A model generated the notes under the pieces. That model saw only the letters and a list, made by a program, of their open reading frames with translations, did no database searches and was not told the origin of the DNA. Positions 24,045 to 35,432 of a DNA stretch of 64,000 nt are shown here, piece after piece (the first letter of the stretch is position 1; every line of letters starts with the position of its first letter). The translations under genes and the position numbers were made by a program. The DNA is from Takakia lepidozioides. Its lineage: Eukaryota; Plantae; Bryophyta. The stretch spans positions 50,964,001 to 51,028,000 of the forward strand of contig CM060731.1 of NCBI GenBank assembly GCA_030704615.1, in the 5' to 3' direction.

Positions 24045-24326
24045 TGATAATGAAAGTGAACACAATGGAAACACTCCACTCTTGAATCCACTCAATCACA
24101 TAAACTAAGTCAAGCCAAGGGCACCCTTGCTAAGGGAATCCACCCTACAAAGCCCTCAACACACTCCCTCTCAATATCTAGAGCTATGGAAGTGAGAGAG
24201 GCTCATGGAGGCTCAACTACAAGAAGATGAGCCCTCCTCAACGCTCACAAAGGGAAAACCTATCCCCATGTCCCAAGTGAGGTTTGACACCTCACTTGGC
24301 ATGTGAGACCAAATGAAGTCCCAACA
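24045..24326 (-). repeat. 5' LTR
   Basis: TG...CA, 282 bp, followed on the + strand by the CACAA TSD. Confidence 0.92.
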
Positions 24327-24410
24327 CACAAAATACAAATATAAATATCCAAAATATCCTAGTTAACTAGAAGTAGGTAATTCTAGTTAACCATGACTAA
24401 AACCATGACA

Positions 24411-24740
24411 AAGGAAATGAAATCATCCCATTTCTTAATGCGAGAGGAAGACCCTCGTGTCGGGTGCCCCTTGAATTTTATGCCCGCCGAATGTCGATTA
24501 TACCTCCGACATTTCCTGATTTTTTTTCCAAGATCTTTTGCCTCACTTGTCCCATTCCTTTTTATCATCAAAAGAAACGATGAAAGGAAATGAAATCATC
24601 CCATTTCTTTACGCAGAGGAAGACCCTCGTGTCCGGGTGCCCCTTGAATTTTATGCTCTAGTAGGGCTTTGGGCTACCGCCCTCGGCCCTAGGCACAAAA
24701 TTCAAAGAGCGCCCTCCACTGGGGGCCTTCCTCCATGCAT
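24411..24740. repeat. Host repeat with a ~175-bp tandem unit and an inverted arm; continues at ~15960-16058
   Basis: GGAAATGAAATCATCCCATTTCTT..GAGGAAGACCCTCGTGTC occurs twice. 24615-24655 is inverted relative to 24693-24733. TTCCAAGATCTTTTG..CACTTGTCCCATTC is shared with 15997-16028. Confidence 0.7.
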
Positions 24741-25119
24741 CAAATCCCCCATAGCCAAAGGATTAGATTATCCATTTAGGGGCTAACATGGCAAATACTA
24801 GAAAACACTATCACAAAAAAAAAACGGTGTTATTATTCTAAGGAATGAATGGCTATAGGTTATTAATGTGAAGGCAACGAGTCTAAAGTCGTATATTAGC
24901 TTAGTCATGTCTTATTACAGCATTTAGTTAGGATTAGGTTTACCTTGGTTGCTACGGTACTAGGGGTAATTTGGGCCTCCATTGTTGTATTGCCATCGCT
25001 CAGGTTCTCTTGGGCCTTCGAACCCAAAAATTCCATTAATAAAGGAAGTGGAAACTGTAGCTTTACAGCCTCATGGGTTTTCTCCAGTGTTGGACTGGTA
25101 TCAAGCTTTTTGCATACCA

Positions 25120-25536
25120 CAGTGGTCGTAGTACCAAACCTATCACAAAACTTTCATACCGGTCTGGTGGATGTATTTCTTTCCAGAGACTGATATGAGT
25201 CATGCCAGCCACAATATCAGCTGGTATGAGATATCAACTCTGGTATCATTCCAAAGCCATCTTGAATTACGAGTTTATCAAGTGAAAACAAATATAGCAA
25301 ATATCAAGTGAAAACAAATAAAATACACATAAAGTAGTAAATATACATAAGTACAAATGTATAGGCATATGTACAATTAATATAGTACACATACCAGAGT
25401 AAGTGAGGAAGACGGCGGGGGAGTACTGGTATTGTGGCTTGTATGAAAAAACTGATACCAGCCCAGTGGTCTGGTATGTGACCGAGAATTCTCCCGAATG
25501 ATACCAGCCAGACTGGTCTGGTATCTACTACCACTA
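25120..25536. mobile_element. MITE-like non-autonomous element
   Basis: Imperfect TIR CAGTGGTCGTAG...CTACTACCACTA and many subterminal ATACCAG/CTGGTAT motifs; TSD not clean. Confidence 0.5.
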
Positions 25537-27959
25537 CATATACTAGTCCTTCACCTTTTTACCTTCTAGTAAATTGTAAACATGTTCATCGTAATTGACC
25601 CTATTGATGCAGCAGTGCTCTAAATCCGATGTGTATTTCCGCTTAGAATATATCACCCCCATAACCATGGATTTGATTGTGCTCCATTTAGTCTCTCACC
25701 TTCCGTTGAAATGAATTCTCTATTGGCTGCCTTCAGTAATGATTGTAATGGATTTATTGAGGCTTTAGGTAGCAGGTACACTAACAGGCTTGCTCGAGTA
25801 GAGCGTAAAGATCTACGAGATCTTTGTTGGAAATGTTCAGTATGTACTTCAAATCATGAAAGTAAAAAATGTAGTTGAGTTTGGAGCGATGGAGGCACGG
25901 AGATGCCACGAAACTTAGTTTTGACTTTTAGTCCCGATCTGCGGATACCCCAGTTTCTAGCTTTCCACGTTAGCCTTCAACAAATTGTCAGGGGATCTCT
26001 CTCTCCCCATATCCCCGCCCCCCACCCCTTTCTTTTTTCTCAATAGTTTCCGCTATGTACAAGCATCGCTTCCTGTAGAAACGCTAAGAATGAATTGCCC
26101 ATTTGGTACTTTTACGTGCATATCAATCTTGATATTTTGATGACACTGCCTTGGTCACTATGAATTGATTCCCCTCCGTTCTGAAACATTACTTACGAAT
26201 CACCCAGAGAAGTAATATGGAAGAGAGATGTGAATCATAGGAGGAGAGCTGTAACGGAGGTCTTATGGTGCTGGATTTGACAGAAATGAACCTGGAAAGA
26301 CACAATGCGGCGATGGAAAGAGATCGGCGAAGTGCAAGGGAAAGATTTTATCGAAAATATCCTTGTTGCCATGGGAGTACTACCTTTTATTTACTTCATT
26401 TTCTTGGAATTTGTAGATATTCTTTGATGTTAGACGTCAAACCTTTAGTTTTATCGTATATGAACATCTACCCAGGAGGGTGCGCCGCTCATGGTAGCCT
26501 GTAAACATCCTGACAGAATTCCACTATGTAGCTGAGGAACTTTCCCATTACATCACGACTTGGGCGGTTTCGTGCACGAAGCCCACTAAGAACCGACTAT
26601 GATCCATTGCTTCATCTAATTAGAGTATGTTCTGGATTAGAATGGTTCAATTTTTGTCGTATCGTAATGTCACAACTCGTAATCGTAAGGTGTACTTGAT
26701 GAATTGTACTCCAGCCTCCATACTCGAGTACAATCCCTCTCCAAGCTCCAGCATGGAATTTAAAATGTAAAAGCCTAACCAAGCCATTGGGATGATCGGT
26801 TGCAGAACAATTTCTGCTGTTTCTAAAACATATTTGTTCTCGTGCTTAATGCCTCATTTTGGTCCTACATCATGCAAGTCTGGTTTGAGGTCTATGTTGT
26901 GTTTGCGAAGTCCCGTGGAAGGAGCAGCTGTTTGTTGGCAAGAATCTGTGCAGTGTAGTCTGGAGCTGCTCTCGGGAACGAGAGCCTAGATGAGGCGTCA
27001 AAACATGTTTGACAATTTCCTCTGTTCTTCTGTAAATCTACTTGTTTTGGGATCAAATGAGGTGCCCTACCGGAGTCGACGTGCTTGGATCGTGTATATG
27101 CGTCTCTTCCAAGGCTCTCTCTCTCTATACCTGTACGCAACGACTTCGCATCCACATATGTGAGGGTATGATGACTGAATCATGCCTACTTCATAATTGT
27201 GATCGATGACTATGACTTATACTCCAACCCTGTCCAAGAGTGCCATAACTTCGGTACAAGGTCATGAGTAACTAGGTTACTTACTCGCCATTGAAAACTG
27301 TCGCAGGAAGACAAGAGACTATATGGTGGTTGGCTATGACGAAAGCAGGTTGAGATACTTAAACTTTCCACCCTGGGAAAGGCCTATCAACAAAGACGAA
27401 CCTGATAGATACCTGGCCGCTCCACCGATCCTCATCTCTGGGGTCAGCAAGCCGAGCCATGCAAACTAACTTAAAAAGTCTATGTGCAGGCTAGACAACG
27501 ATGGGGAGTGGGCGAGCATCGAGAGTCCAGTTCGAATGTGCAGAGGTCATCAAGGAAGCGAGCAAGGCGGAGATGGAGGCGAGTAAAGAGGTCGCACGCA
27601 TCCCTTGAGGAAGCGCGTTGCTAGTTGCCACCTTCAATGCCGCACATGACCCTCACTGTGGCCATCAATAACAGATCGCCCTTCTCGGAGTATCATTCAT
27701 CCATCGGCACATAATCTAATACATTAACCATTTACCTCTTTAAGTTTAGATTTATGACGGCTGTTAGCTGACGTAACCGTGGTTAAGGAGTGGGTCAGAG
27801 GTGGACGATAGCCCATATTTGGTTGTAGTGAATGCAAGGGAATAAGTCATTGAATGGCGCATTAACACCTTGACATGGCGCTTTCTATGAATTCTCAAAC
27901 TAGATCATGTTTAATGCTCTTTCCCTGTATTCAATTTATTATTTGTTTATTTTTTATTT

Positions 27960-28465
27960 TTGAGATACCTGGCCAAAGCACAAGGCTCATGGGCACACAC
28001 CACCTCGGAAGTGGTTGTGGGTTCAATCCGTGGAGTGGTGTCATGAAAGGTGTCCAGTGTCCACCTTCATGTAGGAATTCAGTAGTCAGTAGCCCTTCTG
28101 GGTCAATGGACCCCATAGTTTATGCTTCCTTCCAAAGGTTAGTAGTTATTACCAACGCACAACAAGGTAGCAAGATTTGAGCCCAGAATCACTTGGATGG
28201 CACTCAACGCCCTATCTTTATTTTCCTTTATTTTTCTCTTTTTCAATTCATGAAGGGAAACACCTGCGGCTCACAAAGGAGGCCCCTTCATTATAGTGAG
28301 AGGAGACAACCAAGTTATAGCCCATTGGCAATGGGCACATACCACCTCGGAAGCAGTTGCGGGTTCAATCCACCGACTAGTGTCACAAAGGTGTCCACCT
28401 TCCTGCCGGTCAAGAGACACTATAATCATAGACTTCCATGGGAAGGCGTCAGATACAAATAAAAT
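27960..28465 (+). mobile_element. Two copies of a SINE-like repeat; related partial copies at ~29305-29430 and ~29662-29700
   Basis: Shared ATGGGCACAyACCACCTCGGAAG..GTTGyGGGTTCAATCC (B-box-like) at ~27989 and ~28331. AAGGGAAACACC..GCTCACAAA heads at 28253, 29307 and 29664. A-rich tail at 28457-28470. Confidence 0.5.
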
Positions 28466-28486
28466 AAAATAGTAGGATGAAATAAC

Positions 28487-29150
28487 CAATATTGTACTGG
28501 CATTGAATTTTTAACATACCAGCCGGGTCCGGGGGTTGATTGTTTTTGAAATGTGAACACCGGTATGGCCCTAGGTATTGCAAAACAAGGATTTCTGAAA
28601 TACGTATAAGTATTGCTTTTTGTAAGAACCAATATGTGGTATCAATAGTAGGGTTTGGAATTGTGCAATACTAGGCAGATATCAACCTAGGTATGAAGTT
28701 TATTCTCACGACAGATAGGCTGAATTCCATGTGACATCAAGGGTTTCCAATACATACAGGCATATCCAGCCACGATTTGTCCATTGCCACCGCATTCCTT
28801 GGTGTAATCACAACTGCAATTACACAACCACCCCAAATCTAACAAATCACCCTAACTGCAATCTGCCGCCCAAATGTTCCCTCTATGCAGCCGTCACCCT
28901 TCCGTAGAATGTGTGTTAGTATATTGCGAGACCCTACCCAGGATTCAAGAAGGAAATCCGAGTCTTTGAAACTGGTATCACACTCTACATTCACGAGAGG
29001 TATCAATATGAGTATGGTAGGGTGGCAGCTCGAAATAGGTAATACTAGTCTATCGTGGGTATTGTCACCTAGCCGCCTGGTAGGTTCTCTCATACCAAGT
29101 TTATACCCACTGTTGATACCCGGGTTAACCCTATATACAGTACACCACTG
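28487..29150. mobile_element. hAT-type MITE
   Basis: Perfect 8-bp TSD GAAATAAC (28479-28486 and 29151-29158). TIR CAATATTGTACTG versus CAGTGGTGTACTG (10/13). ATACC/GGTAT subterminal motifs. Confidence 0.8.
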
Positions 29151-31602
29151 GAAATAACCTTTCTCATATTATTCTCGCCATGAGGCGCACAAGGCCGCCC
29201 AAGGTGCACCATCCAACTGAGCTGGTGGTAAGGAATAAAAAAATATAAAAATAATAAATTATTTAGGTCGATTTCATATATTTATATTTAAAATAAATAA
29301 ATAAATAAGGGAAACACCTGGGAGCGGCAGCTCACAAATCAGGCCCCTTAATAGTGAGAGGAGAAAATAACCTCTTTCACAGTAATCGCGGCATGGAGGC
29401 GCGTAAGTGGACACCGCCCAGGGAAGGGGGAGAAATATATTGTTTTACTTGGAAAAGGGGACATAGAAGCCATTCAATCGGATTAATAGGTGAAATTTTA
29501 TTTTATTTTATTTTATGTGTTTCTAAGTTTTATTTACCGATAGATTTTTGTTTTGTTTTGTTTTTTTTCAAATTAAACAGGGGACAGAGGCCCCTGTTGA
29601 CACATTTTTAGTTGTTTAGCCCTTAGAGAGCTAAGACCGTTCTTGTTTTCGGCTCGTCCATTAGGGGAAACACCCGGATGCAATTGCTCACAAATCAGTT
29701 CATTTTTATGTGTCGAATCAATCCATTCCATTGGGGCAACTGCAGGTGACCATTAGCTTTCATGCTACCTAGTGCAAATCAGCCAGCGATGTCGGTGCTA
29801 GGAAAAAATAATTAGACATATGTGATACTTGGTATGACGGGACGGGACAACCATCCTAACACGTCCCATCTAAACTGTGACAACCCAGACGTCCCACCAG
29901 CTGTCGTATTAATGTTTTTTATTTCTTTTTTATTAATTTGAATGGATGTAATTGCTGTCACTTATGAACACAATGAATTAAGCCTCATTCAAGTCATCAT
30001 CTCCTCTCCACTGGTGGGTTAGGTGAGAGCGACAGCGTATTGAGCGTAGCCAAGTGGCATTAACTTGTAACTTCAACAAGCCAATTGTGAAGAAACAAAT
30101 TGTTGATTTTTGTTTTGAACACATTATTAAAGGTTGTGGGCCATAGCCATTTACTGGCAAAACTAGGGGCACATTGTGGATCGAGGCGGCGAGCAAATGA
30201 GTCCTGGATGGATGAAGTATCTGAACGAACGTCGTATACTAAAATATCGCAGGAGGTTTTATTTTATTCTTATAAATATGGCTTATAATTATTATGTTTT
30301 CCAAGGACCAATTTCCCGACCCCGTTTCCCGAAAACGAGAACAATTAAACTTCACTTTCTTTATAATAAAATTTAAAATGGGAAAATGCTGGAAAAGGAA
30401 TTAGGGTTTGGAGGGGCAGGGGCTCGCGGAGAAAAGGTGACGGGCAGGAGAGTGGTCGCGCGAATGCTGGGGGTGTCAGTCTCCACTCACGGCTGCACAC
30501 CCCGAGTGATGGCGATGGCAGCAACGTGCTTGTCGGGTGCCCATTACAGAGGCGGGGCAGCTGGACCATGGAACCTCGGAGACGCGCTGGGAGTTGCGTC
30601 GCAGTTATTACAGCCGAGTTGTTTTTGCGCAGCTCGCACTGTGAGGATGCCTTTCTGTGAAGAAGGAGGAGCAGGGGCAGGAAACTAGTAGGTATAGGAG
30701 CTGCTGTAGGTATAGGAGAGGATAGACTGAGCTGCTGTGTAGCAGCTATTTCCCGCTCAGTGTCCAGAGGGGATGCTGTGGCCTCCGGACTGCGCAAGTA
30801 CTGGTCTCTGATCTCTGGGTGTCGTCAGTGCTATCTCCTTGCAGATTTGGATCTCTGCTAAGAGAGTGTATATCAAGTGCGCAGGGGATTCGTCTCTCGA
30901 GGTTCCGTTTCTTTCCCGTTATCCTTGCTCCACTTGTGTTTCACTTCGCTAGCTGCCTTCGCATTTAGCTGTCTAAGCAAACTCGATCCTTTCTAAATCT
31001 ATCACACCGCTCTGTTGAACATCTTAGTTTGCCGACTCGTTTGATATGTTGGCAGGATCTCTGCCAGCTATTTTTGGGATCAGATGGAGCCTTGAGCCCC
31101 CGTGTACACCTCCTGTGCATGGTTCGAATGAATTAGCCTGCAGTGCTGTATGCGTGATGGCACTTGGAATACCTCTGTCCGATAGCACCTTCTGGTTTGT
31201 AGACCTAGGCGCTCCTGCACCGAAGTGAGCTTGCAACTTGCTAGCTTGACCCACGTGCATCCCTTCAGTGTGCCTCGCACTACACCCGACTGTGGTAATG
31301 CAGCCTGCTGTGCCTAATATTAGAGTGTGTCTCTTGAGACCTTTGATTCAAAATGGTTGTTGTTCGCAAGGCAGATAGGTCGCCTTGTCTGTATCATCTA
31401 GTAACTAGGATATATCTGATGTTTGTAGACTTGTTGCTGACGAACTGTTGGTTTGATGATGTGACATTGCAGGGTTCACTGGGAAGATTGCTTCCGGCAG
31501 GACAGGGTACTCCTATTTAGCTCACCTTTACATGTACTTTGGACGTGAGTGGCAAAAGTAAGAGACACGACGAACCTTTCACAACTCAAGACCCCGCATT
31601 GA

Positions 31603-33900
31603 ATGCTGGAGTTGGGTAGGGAGGAGAACATGGCAGCAAGAAGAAGTCCGCGGAGGCTATGGAAGGAAGTGCGAAACGTGATGAGCGCACTGAATGCTTT
31701 CAGACATACGGGAAAGGTAGAACTTGACGCTGGTCAAGGGCGCCCATACTCAGCCAATGCGAATCGGAAGAGCTATTTGATCGTTGTTGCTTCTGTATCG
31801 ACCCTTATAGCAGTTGCCCTGTGCGTCGCAGTAGCAGTTCCTCTTTCGTCCCGTCAAAAGGGACCAGAGATTTTCAGCGACATCCATTTATCTACTCCGA
31901 TACACCTCACATGTCGCTCGACCCAATATCCCGAAGCTTGCGTCACCTCTCTTACTTCTAACCCTCAAGCTTTTGGCGCTTTCGACACTAGCCAGACAGG
32001 TTTTGCTGGAATCGCTGTGAGCAGCGCGCTAAGTGGGGTGAATAATTTCTATAACTACGCTGCTAACCTCCAGGGGAACACTCAGGAGATGGGATTGGAC
32101 CAATCTGCTATGGGTTCCTGCCTGGCAGTGCTACAGGATTCTCAAGATCAGCTTACCACCTCCCTGAACCAGCTTTTGAATCTTAGTGGCGCGAACTTCA
32201 ACGGACAAATGAAGGATGTTTTGACCTGGATGAGTGCGGCATTGACGTATCATACCACCTGCATGGACGGATATGATGATGTGCCCGGTAGTGTCAGTGA
32301 CAATATGAAGGTTCAAGGAAACGATGTTGAGGCTCTTCTTGCTAACGCAGTCTCCTTGGTTTCGGGCGTAGTGAGCTCTTTCAGTACAGGCACTGCAGAC
32401 CCATCTTCCCTTCACAACCGACGTCTACTTTCTTCCCCCACGGAAGATGCCCCGGTTTATGATATGGATGGCGAATTTCCGGAGTGGTTGAGAGTAGGAG
32501 ACCGTCGCATTCTGCAGACCTCCACGAACTTCACTGTTGTTGATGCTACAGTTGCACAGGATGGAAGTGGGCAATTTGAAACAGTTCAGGAAGCTGTGGA
32601 TGCTGCTCCCCAGCAAAACTCTAACCGGTATGTCATCCACATCAAGCAAGGAATTTACAATGAGACCGTGGTTATTCCCAGGAAAGCCACAAACCTCATG
32701 CTCATGGGAGATGGCATGGGTTTGACTATCATTACGGGGAGCAGGAGTGTGATATCGTCTAATGTCACTACGTATGAAACTGCAACACTCGGTAAGATTG
32801 GATCATCCTCGAGTCTGCACAATCCCCACCTCAAATCTGTTTTGTGGTGACTAAATGAACTGGTTCAGTTTGGATTTGGAATGACAGAAACCATGGAATC
32901 GCCCTGGGCGACAGGTTCCTGTGAGCGATTACAGTAGCCTCACAAGGATGGTGTAAATGGAGAGACTATAGAATGTATGTTTTAAGCCTGTAGATTCAAA
33001 GTATTTCTCACTTTTGCTCGCAGTAGTCGTGCTTGGTCATGCCTTGTGGGATAGTTTGGTCTTGACTGTGCTCTGTAGTTATAGGGACCCCTGAAGAGAT
33101 TGCCTGAAGGTTTTTGGCCTAGTGTATAAGCAGGGATGGCTTAGTCTGAAATACATTAGCCGGGATTATTTGGATGCGGTTTTTCCTGTGTTTGATATTC
33201 GTTTTGTACTCGTGCAGCTGTGACCGGCAGAGGATTTCTCGCAAAGGACCTCTCAATACAAAATACCGCTGGAGCTATAAACCACCAGGCAGTGGCTCTA
33301 AGAGTGGAAGCTGATCATTCTGCATTCTGGAGGGTATCCATTGAAGGGTACCAAGATACTCTGTATGCCCATGCACAACGACAGTTCTACAAGAATTGCA
33401 CAATCTATGGGACTGTGGACTTCATCTTTGGAAATGCAGCGGCAGTCTTTCAGACTTGCACTCTCACCGCTCGGGCACCACTTCTCGGCCAACAGAATAC
33501 TTTCACTGCACAGGGGAGGAAGTACTCCTCTCAAAACACCGGTTTTTCTTTCCAAGGCTGTGTCCTGGATGCTTCTCCTGATTTACAGGAACAGACTGGT
33601 GTTCAAAGCTACCTTGGCCGACCTTGGAAACTGTACTCCCGCACTGTCTATCTGGAGAGTTTTATGACCAATGTTGTTGACCCGTCAGGCTGGCTTGCTT
33701 GGAATGGAACTTTTGCCTTGGACACGTTATTTTATGGGGAGTACCAAAACTCAGGGCCTGGCGCATCAAATGGCCAGCGCGTGGCGTGGTCAACCCAGAT
33801 TACTGATGCAAACGTTGCAGCACAGTATACTGTTCTTAATTTCATTTCTGGGTCAGAGTGGTTGCCACAGACAAATCTCGAGTTTTCACCCACCCTCTAG
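31603..33900 (+). CDS. Group-2 (type I) pectin methylesterase with N-terminal TM helix and PMEI pro-domain, ~623 aa; join(31603..32791,33218..33900)
   Basis: TM segment (LIVVASVSTLIAVALCVAVAV); PMEI cysteines (CRSTQYPEAC, TWMSAALTYHTTC); RRLL and RRIL processing motifs; PME motifs GIYNE, QAVAL, YQDTL, DFIFG, LGRPW. The splice keeps frame. Confidence 0.96.
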
Positions 33901-35432
33901 GATAGCATTCAGCAAAGTCGAAGTGGAAGCCCTTCATACTTTTGCAGCGGCGACACCACACAGCTTGTGTAATTTCGTTACGTTCACCTTAGATCTTCTT
34001 CTCTAACTTACAGCTATTTTCTGGATCAAAACCAGACTCGAGTGATGTACGATGCAGCTATAAACAAGATAAATTTTGAAGGAAGTCCGGATTGTCACTC
34101 TCCTCTAACCATTTTTTTTGTTTTGAATTTTTCTACCGAGAGATTGGAATGTTTCTTGCAATCACCTTGGATTCATAGGCCGGAATAAATGAGTGACAGC
34201 GAGTCCATAGTATTAAACATACTTGTAGTTGTCACAGCTAATCAATCGATTTATCTTGGCAGACCTTATCCTAAGATCAACTCAATGCTACAATTACTCT
34301 CAATGCAAAACGACGTTTTCAGCAAGCAACATTTACAGGGAATTCTTATATCGACAGCTTCTCGGCTAGTAGTCAATCCCTTGGTAGCAGGTGAATCAGA
34401 TCACTATGACTACTCTATCACAGAAAGAAGTCTGCCTACCACTCTACAACATCGGACAGAAGTAACAAGAAGAACAACCAAAATAGAGTCTCGTGGGAAG
34501 ACGATCTTGAATGGTAAGGCGGGAAGGATGGTAAGTCACTATGTGAGTAATCTTAGTGGTGACTATGACCTGTAGGTAAGTAGCTACTACGTAATTCCAA
34601 CACTACTTGTAATGCTCAATGGTGAAGTGGATTCAGAATATCCAACACATACCTAGTACATCACTGATTCCCACTCTCAATAATAATCACTACTGGAACC
34701 CTCACCCGAACTTGACCATGCTGTGTGATCACTGCTCTAGCTTTGTAGTCTGGCAGCTACATAGAACTTCGTACTTCCACCCTGCGAGCGGTCCTCCACG
34801 AATCCACCATACCACCGAGACACAGTCGAGTCCAGGTTATATCACAACACTTAAAAGTGTGCCGCAAGGGCTCTGTAAGTTACAACCTCCTTCACGTTGT
34901 AAATGACGTGAAGCTCATCAATCATCAATCTTACTTTCTCAATGCGATGATCTGAGCAAGACTCCAGCCGACCTCTCTGCCCACCGAGAGAATACATACT
35001 TACTTACGTAACGAACTGAGAATGATACTTCTGCAAAGTGCCGTAGAAACGAACGAAAGAGTTTTGGCAGACTTGTGACTTCTGTCTTTCTGGTAAGTCC
35101 AATCGTATATTCCATCCATATCCGGTAATTTCCACCATAGCCACGGCTCACTCAATACCGCCTCACAGCAGCACCATGTTGGAGCAAACCTCATGACTAC
35201 AAAAGGCCGGTTGACCAATCTGATCGGAGTTTGTTTGATATTCAAGAAGCTGGAAGAAGCAAGCTGTAGATTTTTTTGAACAAATTAGCGAGCACGTCGG
35301 AACAGATCAGGACTCAGAATTATGGGTTTGGCTAATAGCTTGCATTTTTTTTTGTCCTGCAAATTACACGATGCAATTAGGTGGTTTGGGTCAAGATGGT
35401 GATGTTCACAATTTGCCAAGCTTTCATCTTTC

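Larger units (their letters stand above)
16144..24326 (-). mobile_element. Ty3/Gypsy-type LTR retrotransposon carrying a cytosine-5 DNA methyltransferase (gag-PR-DNMT-RT, pol truncated, decayed)
   Basis: 282-bp direct repeats 16144-16425 and 24045-24326 with TG...CA ends. 5-bp TSD CACAA (16139-16143, 24327-24331). Internal gag, zinc knuckles, protease, DNMT and Gypsy-type RT N-terminus, all on the minus strand. Confidence 0.9.
16059..24410. mobile_element. ~164-bp solo-LTR-like or MITE element (16059-16143 plus 24332-24410) split by the LTR retrotransposon
   Basis: Ends TGTCGTG...CATGACA (imperfect inverted repeat, TG..CA). AAGG flanks both sides (16055-16058, 24411-24414). An uninterrupted empty site GAAACGATGAAAGGAAATGAAATCATCCC is at ~24574-24602. 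Confidence 0.75.

Noticed and set aside
16144-24326. DIRS/tyrosine-recombinase retroelement (these carry a methyltransferase domain)
   Set aside because: Direct TG..CA LTRs with a 5-bp TSD, an aspartic protease and a Gypsy-type RT start; the MTase is C5-cytosine type, not adenine type.
26240-27700. Exon-like fragments, possibly a TE accessory gene
   Set aside because: Multiple stops and no diagnostic domain; no coherent model could be built.
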